DNA of 38,499 nucleotides from a virus (Duplodnaviria; Heunggongvirae; Uroviricota; Caudoviricetes): IMG/VR virus record IMGVR_UViG_2711768065_000005; one strand, 5' to 3'. Shown piece by piece: positions 31,364 to 38,499 of this stretch (position 1 is its first letter; each line of letters starts with the position of its first letter). The notes under the pieces were generated by a model. It saw only the letters and a program-made list of their open reading frames with translations, ran no database searches and was not told where the DNA came from. The position numbers and the translations under genes were made by a program.

Positions 31364-31811
31364 TTGCTTTTTCTATAAGTTCGTCAGTTTCACGATCCAC
31401 TACGGCAGGATCAGCAAAAAGCAGTCCGGACTCCACCACATCGCCATATTCTTTGTTTAACCCGGCGATCATGTACGTGATGCTTTTTCCGTCACTAATT
31501 TCACGATACAACCTGAAATCATTAATCCGGATAGCCTCCATAATTGCAGGCACTAGCGCCGTGAACTTTTCACGCTTATCCCTGGTGTCGATAGCCTTCC
31601 AGCGTTCGAATATCTTCACTCGATTAACGCCAAGCGCTCGCTGATCAACCGCGCCACCTTCATCTGTGACACGCTGAACATCGATGTTCGGGCGCTCTTT
31701 CAAAGCCCAGAATGCTTCAGTGATTAATATCGTCGCCTGCTCCTGTGTCATTCCTGGTCGACATATCCAGGCATCCAGAGCCTCACGAGCCTGTTCAGGA
31801 GTGATTTTCAT
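31290..31811 (-). CDS. Hypothetical protein (cII/YdaT position)
   Basis: 173-aa ORF directly downstream of the dicC-like gene; no recognised motif. Confidence 0.5.
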   Translation of the reverse strand: MKITPEQAREALDAWICRPGMTQEQATILITEAFWALKERPNIDVQRVTDEGGAVDQRALGVNRVKIFERWKAIDTRDKREKFTALVPAIMEAIRINDFRLYREISDGKSITYMIAGLNKEYGDVVESGLLFADPAVVDRETDELIEKAIAFKLAYRQQYQQKAGWNYEPSFC

Positions 31812-32022
31812 TGTTCAACCGCCCCGCCCGCTTCGTCTTACGATATTCGTCATAAACCTTGGGATCATACAGAAGCTCGCCGCCAGATGCCTCCTGTAGA
31901 CGCATCGCGCGACCTTCAGGAACCAGCTCTTGCCATTGAGAAACAGCAGATGGGTCAACGCCAGCAGCTTTCGCTACTTTGGCTTTCGTACCGTAAAAAT
32001 TAATTACGTCTGATTTAAACAT
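31795..32022 (-). CDS. dicC: DicC/YdaS-like Cro-type regulator
   Basis: 75 aa MFKSDVINFYGTKAKVAKAAGVDPSAVSQWQELVPEGRAMRLQEASGGELLYDPKVYDEYRKTKRAGRLNNENHS; GGAGG Shine-Dalgarno; divergent from the dicA-like gene. Confidence 0.7.
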   Translation of the reverse strand: MFKSDVINFYGTKAKVAKAAGVDPSAVSQWQELVPEGRAMRLQEASGGELLYDPKVYDEYRKTKRAGRLNNENHS

Positions 32023-32099
32023 CGCACCTCCAGTATTGAGTTTTCTCAATGCTAATCACTCAAGGAATCTCAAGTCAAGGGTTATTAAGATATCTAAAT
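32023..32099. promoter_or_regulatory. Divergent promoter/operator region between dicC-like and dicA-like genes
   Basis: 77-bp intergenic region with palindrome attgag-tttt-ctcaat (32035..32050) and reiterated ctcaag motifs. Confidence 0.45.
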
Positions 32100-32507
32100 A
32101 TGAACGAGAAAACTTTAGGTCAACGCATTAGAGAAAGACGTAAGCAGGTAGGTTTAAGTCAAAACGGTTTAAGCAAAGCTGCTGGCGTATCTGGCTCATC
32201 AATTTCATTATGGGAAAGTGACCATACAGCCCCGCGCGGGCAAAATTTGCATCGCCTCGCCGAGGTATTGCAATGTTCACCAACCTGGATACTGTTTGGC
32301 GACGAGGACAAAACACCAGCTCCCCCTGTTTCACTCGATAGTGCCTTAGACTTATCGGAAGATGAGTTAGAGATGCTGCGTTTGTATCGCGCACTTCCTA
32401 AATCAGAGCAACAAGCACAACTCAGCGAACTCCGCGCCCGCGTTGAGAATTTTAATCGCCTGTTCACCGAGCTATTAGAGGCTCGCAAACGCAACAAGCA
32501 TCAATAA
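32100..32507 (+). CDS. dicA: DicA-like HTH (XRE-family) repressor
   Basis: 135 aa MNEKTLGQRIRERRKQVGLSQNGLSKAAGVSGSSISLWESDHTAPRGQNLHRLAEVLQCSPTWILFGDEDK...; C-terminal half parallels E. coli DicA. Confidence 0.8.
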   Translation: MNEKTLGQRIRERRKQVGLSQNGLSKAAGVSGSSISLWESDHTAPRGQNLHRLAEVLQCSPTWILFGDEDKTPAPPVSLDSALDLSEDELEMLRLYRALPKSEQQAQLSELRARVENFNRLFTELLEARKRNKHQ

Positions 32508-32699
32508 TCATCCCTTCACAAAATTTTAAAGCCTTACATTTCAATGTATTGGCTTTATCTTGCGCCAATACTTGAGTTTTCTCATCAAAAAGCCTTGACG
32601 AAAAATAATGAGAAAACTAAATTACCTCCATCAACACACCGCACGGTGTTCTCAGCAAACAGTTCCGCTACCCCGGCGTTAAGGGGAAATGAGGTCAGC

Positions 32700-32855
32700 A
32701 TGGATACTATCGATCTTGGCAACAACGAATCTCTGGTGTACGGCGTGTTTCCAAACCAGGACGGCACGTTCACCGCAATGACGTATACCAAAAGCAAAAC
32801 GTTTAAAACCGAAAATGGTGCCCGTCGCTGGCTGGAAAGAAACTCAGGTGAGTGA
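32700..32855 (+). CDS. ydfA: YdfA-like small protein
   Basis: 51 aa MDTIDLGNNESLVYGVFPNQDGTFTAMTYTKSKTFKTENGARRWLERNSGE. Confidence 0.7.
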   Translation: MDTIDLGNNESLVYGVFPNQDGTFTAMTYTKSKTFKTENGARRWLERNSGE

Positions 32856-32856
32856 T

Positions 32857-33432
32857 ATGGATTTCGACACAATCATGGAAAAGGCTTACGAAGAATACTT
32901 CGAAGGCCTTGCCGAAGGCGAAGAAGCTCTCAGCTTCAGTGAGTTTAAACAGGCACTCAGAATAAGAATGCGCTCTCACAATGACGCGGAGCACAAATAT
33001 GAGAAGCAAAATCAGACCGCAGAAAATTTTGTTCTGGAACCCGGAGAAACGCTTTTCAAAATTCCCGTTACGTGCCCCATTTGCGGTTTTACATCAGAAG
33101 AACTTGACGACTCCTGTAACAATCAGGAAACAACCAAGTATGTCGAAGATGATACCGAGTGCGCACGAAGAACGATTATATCCACGAGTCCAAACTCCAG
33201 GACCAATAAATCTCACTTTGAGAGGGTGATTAATCCACTCCCCCAAACCAATAAAAAAGATGCCGGAGGACAAAAAAACCAATGGAACAACGGGATATCT
33301 GTCAAAAAAAGACGTTCCATTAAAGACAAACAACGCAGCGCCAACAACTGTAAGCGCTTTATACCAGTAATCAATTTTCATGTTCTTAAGCGGATTTATT
33401 GGTGGTTGCGACATTGCTTAATGAATCCTTAA
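32857..33432 (+). CDS. YdfB-like N-terminus extended into a 191-aa ORF with CPIC motif (uncertain gene model)
   Basis: Starts MDFDTIMEKAYEEYFEGLAEGEEALSFSEFKQAL (YdfB-like) but continues 191 codons; the C-terminal third is K/N/R-rich low complexity and is antisense to minus ORF 33094..33414. Confidence 0.4.
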   Translation: MDFDTIMEKAYEEYFEGLAEGEEALSFSEFKQALRIRMRSHNDAEHKYEKQNQTAENFVLEPGETLFKIPVTCPICGFTSEELDDSCNNQETTKYVEDDTECARRTIISTSPNSRTNKSHFERVINPLPQTNKKDAGGQKNQWNNGISVKKRRSIKDKQRSANNCKRFIPVINFHVLKRIYWWLRHCLMNP

Positions 33433-33691
33433 AACTGTGGTGATTTTAAGGATACCACCTCGCCTGACGTGGTTAAAAGCAGGCACACAACACGAAAGCG
33501 CACGGCGAAGTTCGTCTCACTGTACGGTGTCGTCAAATTTAATTCGACCGTGCGCTTCCGGTTGTGGCAACCCGCGAAATGGCGCGGCGGTAAGTATGGC
33601 GGGGTTATTCCTTCCCCGTTGAGGACACCGAGTTGTCAGGTTGACCATACGCTTAAGCGACAACCCCGCTGCAACGCCCTCTGTTATCAAT

Positions 33692-33749
33692 TTTCTGGTG
33701 ACGTTTGGCGGTATCAGTTTTACTCCGTGACTGCTCTGCCGCCGTTTTT
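33692..33749 (+). ncRNA. dicF: DicF small RNA (antisense regulator of ftsZ and other mRNAs)
   Basis: tttctggtgacgtttggcggtatcagttttactccgtgactgctctgccgccgttttt matches my recollection of the DicF sequence, including the 3' GC stem (ggcgg/ccgcc) plus U-tract; located between ydfB-like ORF and dicB as in Qin. Confidence 0.55.
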
Positions 33750-33918
33750 AAAGTGAATTTTGTGATGCGGTGAATGCGGCTAAGCGCACGCGGAACAGTT
33801 AAAACCAAAAACAGTGTTATGGGTGGATTCTCTGTATCCGGCGTTAATTGTTAACTGGTTAACGTCACCTGGAGGCACCAGGCACTGCATCACAAAATTC
33901 ATTGTTGAGGACGCGATA

Positions 33919-34107
33919 ATGAAAACGTTATTACCAAACGTTAATACGTCTGAAGGTTGTTTTGAAATTGGTGTCACTATCAGTAACCCTGTATTTACTG
34001 AAGATGCCATTAACAAGAGAAAACAAGAACGGGAGCTATTAAATAAAATATGCATTGTTTCAATGCTGGCTCGTTTACGTCTGATGCCAAAAGGATGTGC
34101 ACAATGA
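33919..34107 (+). CDS. dicB: Cell division inhibitor DicB
   Basis: 62 aa MKTLLPNVNTSEGCFEIGVTISNPVFTEDAINKRKQERELLNKICIVSMLARLRLMPKGCAQ. Confidence 0.85.
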   Translation: MKTLLPNVNTSEGCFEIGVTISNPVFTEDAINKRKQERELLNKICIVSMLARLRLMPKGCAQ

Positions 34108-34295
34108 ATTCAGCATTTGCGCTTGTTCTGACAGTTTTTCTTGTTTCCGGAGAGCCAGTTGATATTGCAGTCAGTGTTCACAGGACAATGCAGGAGTGTA
34201 TGACTGCAGCAACCGAACAGAAAATTCCCGGTAACTGTTACCCGGTCGATAAAGTTATTCACCAGTATAATATCGAAATCCCGGCAGGTCTTTAA
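34104..34295 (+). CDS. ydfD: YdfD-like small membrane (lysis) protein
   Basis: 63 aa MNSAFALVLTVFLVSGEPVDIAVSVHRTMQECMTAATEQKIPGNCYPVDKVIHQYNIEIPAGL; start overlaps dicB stop (ATGA). Confidence 0.8.
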   Translation: MNSAFALVLTVFLVSGEPVDIAVSVHRTMQECMTAATEQKIPGNCYPVDKVIHQYNIEIPAGL

Positions 34296-34388
34296 AACAG
34301 TTCCGTAATAAATATCCGGTTTCATTCTTATATGCCAGCAATGGCAGGGATTTGTTCATCCTTAAATCTGTCATGAGGTTAAAACAAA

Positions 34389-36860
34389 ATGAGTAAAGTC
34401 TTTATTTGCGCCGCTATTCCTGACGAACTGGCAACAAGGGAAGAAGGCGCTGTGGCTGTAGCCACAGCCATTGAAGCTGGCGACGAACGCCGTGCTCGAG
34501 CAAAATTTCACTGGCAATTCCTGGAACATTATCCGGCTGCTCAGGACTGCGCTTATAAATTTATTGTCTGCGAGGATAAACCTGGCATACCCCGCCCTGC
34601 CCTCGATTCATGGGATGCTGAATATATGCAGGAAAACCGCTGGGATGAGGAGTCTGCTTCTTTTGTCCCGGTTGAGACTGAATCCGATCCGATGAACGTC
34701 ACTTTTGACAAGCTGGCCCCTGAAGTACAGAACGCTGTCATGGTTAAGTTCGACACATGTGAAAACATCACCGTTGATATGGTTATTAGCGCACAGGAAT
34801 TGTTGCAGGAAGACATGGCAACATTCGACGGACATATCGTTGAAGCGTTGATGAAAATGCCAGAAGTTAACGCCATGTATCCGGAGCTTAAGTTGCACGC
34901 CATTGGGTGGGTTAAGCATAAATGTATTCCTGGTGCTAAATGGCCCGAAATTCAGGCAGAGATGCGCATCTGGAAAAAACGTCGCGAAGGTGAACGCAAG
35001 GAAACCGGAAAATACACGTCTGTTGTTGATCTCGCCCGCGCCAGAGCCAATCAACAGTACACTGAAAATTCAACAGGAAAAATCAGCCCGGTCATTGCTG
35101 CCATTCATCGCGAATACAAGCAGACATGGAAAACACTGGATGACGAACTGGCCTACGCTCTCTGGCCTGGTGATGTGGATGCCGGAAACATTGACGGCAG
35201 CATCCATCGCTGGGCAAAAAATGAAGTTATCGATAACGACCGCGAAGACTGGAAGCGTATCTCGGCATCAATGCGCAAACAGCCTGATGCCCTTCGCTAC
35301 GACCGCCAAACTATTTTTGGCCTTGTCCGTGAACGTCCGATCGACATTCACAAAGATCCCGTAGCACTGAACAAATATATCTGCGAATACCTGACGACAA
35401 AGGGCGTGTTTGAGAATGAAGAAACAGACCTGGGCACTGTTGATGTTCTCCAGTCATCAGAAACACAAACTGATGCAGTGGAAACTGAGGTATCTGATAT
35501 CCCAAAAAATGAAACCGCGCCGGAAGCTGAACCATCTGTAGAGCGTGAGGGGCCGTTCTATTTCCTCTTCGCAGATAAGGACGGAGAAAAATACGGTCGC
35601 GCAAACAAACTTTCTGGTCTGGATAAGGCACTGGCTGCTGGCGCCACTGAAATCACAAAAGAAGAATATTTTGCCCGAAAAAATGGCACATACACGGGCT
35701 TACCGCAAAATGTAGATACCGCTGAAGATTCAGAACAACCAGAGCCGATAAAAGTTACCGCTGACGAAGTAAACAAAATTATGCAGGCAGCCAATATCAT
35801 CCAGCCTGACGCCGATAAGTTGCTTGCTGCATCACGTGGTGAATTTGTTGAAGGGATTAGTGACCCGAATGATCCGAAATGGGTTAAGGGGATCCAGACC
35901 CGCGATTCTGTGAACCAGAACCAGCATGAATCGGAACGGAACTACCAAAAAGCGGAACAAAACAGCCCAAATGCGTTACAAAACGAGCCAGAAACGAAAC
36001 AGCCTGAATCAGTGGCGCAACAGGAAGTGGAAAAAGTCTGCACCGCCTGCGGTCAGACCGGCGGCGGCAACTGCCCTGATTGTGGCGCGGTAATGGGCGA
36101 CGCAACATACCAGGAAACATTCGATGAAGAGTATCAGGTTGAAGTTCAGGAAGATGATCCGGAGAAAATGGAAGGCGCTGAACATCCACACAAGGAGAAC
36201 ACTGGCGGCAATCAGCATCACGATAGCGATAATGAAACTGGCGAGACGGCAGATCACTCAATTAAGGTGAACGGTCATCACGAAATCACATCCACCAGCA
36301 GGACGTGTGACCATCTAATGATCGACCTTGAAACCATGGGAAAAAATCCTGATGCCCCGATCATCTCAATAGGTGCAATATTTTTCGATCCGCAAACCGG
36401 AGATATGGGACCGGAATTTATTAAGACTATCGATCTGGAAACTGCTGGCGGAGTCATTGATCGGGACACCATTAAATGGTGGTTTAAGCAATCACGCGAA
36501 GCGCAATCTGCCATTATGACCGATGAAATCCCGTTAGATGATGCACTGTTACAATTGCGGGAATTTATCGACGAAAACTCCGGTGAATTTTTTGTTCAGG
36601 TCTGGGGAAATGGAGCCAACTTCGACAACACGATTTTGCGCCGTTCATACGAACGGCAGGGGATCCCCTGCCCGTGGCGTTACTACAACGATCGCGATGT
36701 ACGCACAATCGTTGAGCTGGGGAAAGCCATAGACTTCGATGCCAGAACGGCTATTCCATTCGAAGGTGAGCGCCATAATGCACTTGATGACGCCCGTTAC
36801 CAGGCAAAATACGTTTCAGTTATCTGGCAAAAACTGATCCCGAGTCAGGCTGATTCTTAA
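34389..36860 (+). CDS. Large protein with C-terminal DnaQ-like DEDDh 3'-5' exonuclease domain (intact YdfE-position gene)
   Basis: 823 aa; C-terminal motifs Exo I IDLETMG, Exo II WGNGANFD, Exo III HNALDDARY; acidic central linker; Cys cluster CTACGQTGGGNCPDCG. Confidence 0.8.
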   Translation: MSKVFICAAIPDELATREEGAVAVATAIEAGDERRARAKFHWQFLEHYPAAQDCAYKFIVCEDKPGIPRPALDSWDAEYMQENRWDEESASFVPVETESDPMNVTFDKLAPEVQNAVMVKFDTCENITVDMVISAQELLQEDMATFDGHIVEALMKMPEVNAMYPELKLHAIGWVKHKCIPGAKWPEIQAEMRIWKKRREGERKETGKYTSVVDLARARANQQYTENSTGKISPVIAAIHREYKQTWKTLDDELAYALWPGDVDAGNIDGSIHRWAKNEVIDNDREDWKRISASMRKQPDALRYDRQTIFGLVRERPIDIHKDPVALNKYICEYLTTKGVFENEETDLGTVDVLQSSETQTDAVETEVSDIPKNETAPEAEPSVEREGPFYFLFADKDGEKYGRANKLSGLDKALAAGATEITKEEYFARKNGTYTGLPQNVDTAEDSEQPEPIKVTADEVNKIMQAANIIQPDADKLLAASRGEFVEGISDPNDPKWVKGIQTRDSVNQNQHESERNYQKAEQNSPNALQNEPETKQPESVAQQEVEKVCTACGQTGGGNCPDCGAVMGDATYQETFDEEYQVEVQEDDPEKMEGAEHPHKENTGGNQHHDSDNETGETADHSIKVNGHHEITSTSRTCDHLMIDLETMGKNPDAPIISIGAIFFDPQTGDMGPEFIKTIDLETAGGVIDRDTIKWWFKQSREAQSAIMTDEIPLDDALLQLREFIDENSGEFFVQVWGNGANFDNTILRRSYERQGIPCPWRYYNDRDVRTIVELGKAIDFDARTAIPFEGERHNALDDARYQAKYVSVIWQKLIPSQADS

Positions 36861-36932
36861 TGTTCAACTGTCGCCGGTTGTGACTGGTATTCTGCAACCG
36901 GCGCTCGTCTAATGTAAGAGATAAAGAAATCG

Positions 36933-37184
36933 ATGAGCGAAGTAATCATGATTGTCTCTCCCGGCAAATGGGTATCCGAAGAGCAGTTAATTGCGCTGAA
37001 AGGAATAAAAAAAGGTACGTTAAAAAAGGCCCGGGAAAAATCGTTTATGGAAGGAAGGGAATATAAGCATGTCGCTCATGACGGTATGCCATGGGATAAC
37101 AGCCCATGCTTTTACAACCTGGAAGAAATTGATCACTGGATTGAGCGCCAGGCATCAGCGAGACCAAGACGTCATCTTACTTGA
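36933..37184 (+). CDS. Putative excisionase / small DNA-binding protein
   Basis: 83-aa ORF immediately upstream of the integrase; call is positional. Confidence 0.45.
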   Translation: MSEVIMIVSPGKWVSEEQLIALKGIKKGTLKKAREKSFMEGREYKHVAHDGMPWDNSPCFYNLEEIDHWIERQASARPRRHLT

Positions 37185-37218
37185 CTAAAAGCCACACTAA
37201 CTAATGAGAGAAGTTGAA

Positions 37219-38499
37219 ATGAAATATCCGACAGGCGTGGAAAACCATGGAGGGAAATTACGTATCTGGTTTGTTTATAAAGGCGTAAGAGTCAGGGAAA
37301 ATCTGGGGGTTCCTGACACAGCAAAAAACAGGCGCGTTGCAGGTGAACTACGCGCCTCTGTTTGTTACGCAATAAAAACTGGTGTTTTCGACTATGCAAA
37401 ACAGTTTCCCTCCTCACGCAATCTGGAAAAATTTGGTGAGGCCCGACAAGATTTAACCATAAAAGAACTGGCTGAAAAATTTCTGGCACTGAAAGAAACT
37501 GAAGTCGCAAAAACATCACTCAACACATACCGTGCCGTCATCAAAAATATCCTGAGCATAATCGGTGAAAAAAATCTTGCCTCATCGATTAATAAAGAAA
37601 AATTACTGGAGGTTCGTAAAGAGCTACTGACTGGATACCAGATCCCCAAAAGTAACTATATTGTTACACAACCAGGGAGATCGGCTGTAACTGTAAATAA
37701 TTACATGACAAATCTTAACGCCGTGTTTCAGTTTGGTGTTGATAACGGTTACTTGGCAGATAACCCGTTTAAGGGGATCTCGCCATTAAAGGAATCAAGA
37801 ACCATTCCGGATCCTCTTTCGCGGGAGGAATTCATCCGTCTTATCGATGCGTGCAGAAATCAGCAAGCCAAAAATTTATGGTGTGTTTCTGTTTATACTG
37901 GCGTTCGCCCTGGTGAGCTGTGTGCACTTGGATGGGAGGACATAGATCTGAAAAATGGAACAATGATGATCAGGAGAAATTTAGCAAAAGACCGTTTCAC
38001 GGTACCAAAAACACAGGCGGGAACCAATCGGGTCATTCATCTTATTAAGCCAGCAATCGACGCTCTCCGGAGTCAGATGACATTAACGAGACTGAGCAAA
38101 GAGCATATCATTGATGTTCACCTCAGAGAGTATGGCAGAACAGAAAAACAAAAATGCACCTTTGTTTTTCAACCTGAAGTGTCAGCGAGAGTAAAAAATT
38201 ATGGTGACCATTTTACCGTTGACTCAATAAGGCAGATGTGGGACGCAGCGATAAAACGTGCCGGACTCCGCCATCGAAAATCATATCAGTCGAGACATAC
38301 TTATGCCTGCTGGTCGCTGACAGCTGGTGCTAACCCGGCATTTATAGCAAACCAGATGGGCCATGCAGATGCGCAAATGGTATTTCAGGTATACGGAAAA
38401 TGGATGTCTGAAAACAATAATGCACAGGTAGCTTTGTTAAATACACAGTTAAGCGAGTTTGCCCCAACCATGCCCCATAACGAAGCAATGAAAAATTAA
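37219..38499 (+). CDS. int: Tyrosine recombinase (phage integrase)
   Basis: 426 aa from MKYPTGVENHGGKLRIWFVYKG...; C-terminal catalytic-domain features (TGVRPGEL, HxxR-like SRHTYACW, VFQVYGKW with candidate Tyr); stop codon TAA is the last three bases of the window. Confidence 0.85.
   Translation: MKYPTGVENHGGKLRIWFVYKGVRVRENLGVPDTAKNRRVAGELRASVCYAIKTGVFDYAKQFPSSRNLEKFGEARQDLTIKELAEKFLALKETEVAKTSLNTYRAVIKNILSIIGEKNLASSINKEKLLEVRKELLTGYQIPKSNYIVTQPGRSAVTVNNYMTNLNAVFQFGVDNGYLADNPFKGISPLKESRTIPDPLSREEFIRLIDACRNQQAKNLWCVSVYTGVRPGELCALGWEDIDLKNGTMMIRRNLAKDRFTVPKTQAGTNRVIHLIKPAIDALRSQMTLTRLSKEHIIDVHLREYGRTEKQKCTFVFQPEVSARVKNYGDHFTVDSIRQMWDAAIKRAGLRHRKSYQSRHTYACWSLTAGANPAFIANQMGHADAQMVFQVYGKWMSENNNAQVALLNTQLSEFAPTMPHNEAMKN

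Noticed and set aside
33437-33756. Plus-strand ORFs of 61 and 95 aa between the ydfB-like ORF and dicB
   Set aside because: Arg/Cys-rich translations with no start signals; the longer one runs through the DicF sRNA, which explains the region better. A small ydfC-like gene may still be here but I could not place it.
34553-35054. Minus-strand ORFs (116 and 148 aa) within the exonuclease gene
   Set aside because: Antisense to a long plus-strand frame with clear DEDDh motifs.

Overview
The whole window is one lambdoid prophage in integrated gene order, closely resembling an intact relative of the E. coli K-12 Qin/Kim cryptic prophage (cspI, gnsB-like, cspB/cspF, quuQ, ydfU, hokD, dicC/dicA, ydfA, DicF, dicB and ydfD are recognisable by their protein sequences). 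Gene names are from memory of the proteins, not from a search. From high to low coordinates: integrase (ends at the window edge) and putative excisionase; an 823-aa protein with a C-terminal DEDDh exonuclease; ydfD, dicB, DicF sRNA, ydfB/ydfA and the dicA-like repressor (all + strand); then on the - strand the dicC-like Cro, replication genes, a nin-like cargo region, antiterminator Q, a pinholin/SAR-endolysin/Rz-Rz1 lysis cassette, terminase, portal, protease-capsid fusion and a lambda-type tail module Z-U-V-G/GT-H-M-L-K-I-J, with J truncated at position 1. The most interesting locus is an AT-rich island at about 27.3-29.9 kb in the nin-like region: a 595-aa ORF on the opposite strand with a C-terminal R-x4-H (HEPN-type) motif, next to the Hok toxin gene, which I flag as a candidate single-gene abortive-infection/defence protein. 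Other points of note are a G/GT -1 frameshift on a non-canonical heptamer, a PR'-like late promoter with a short terminated transcript below Q, and two small ORFs inserted between holin and endolysin. No rRNA, tRNA or CRISPR array was seen.
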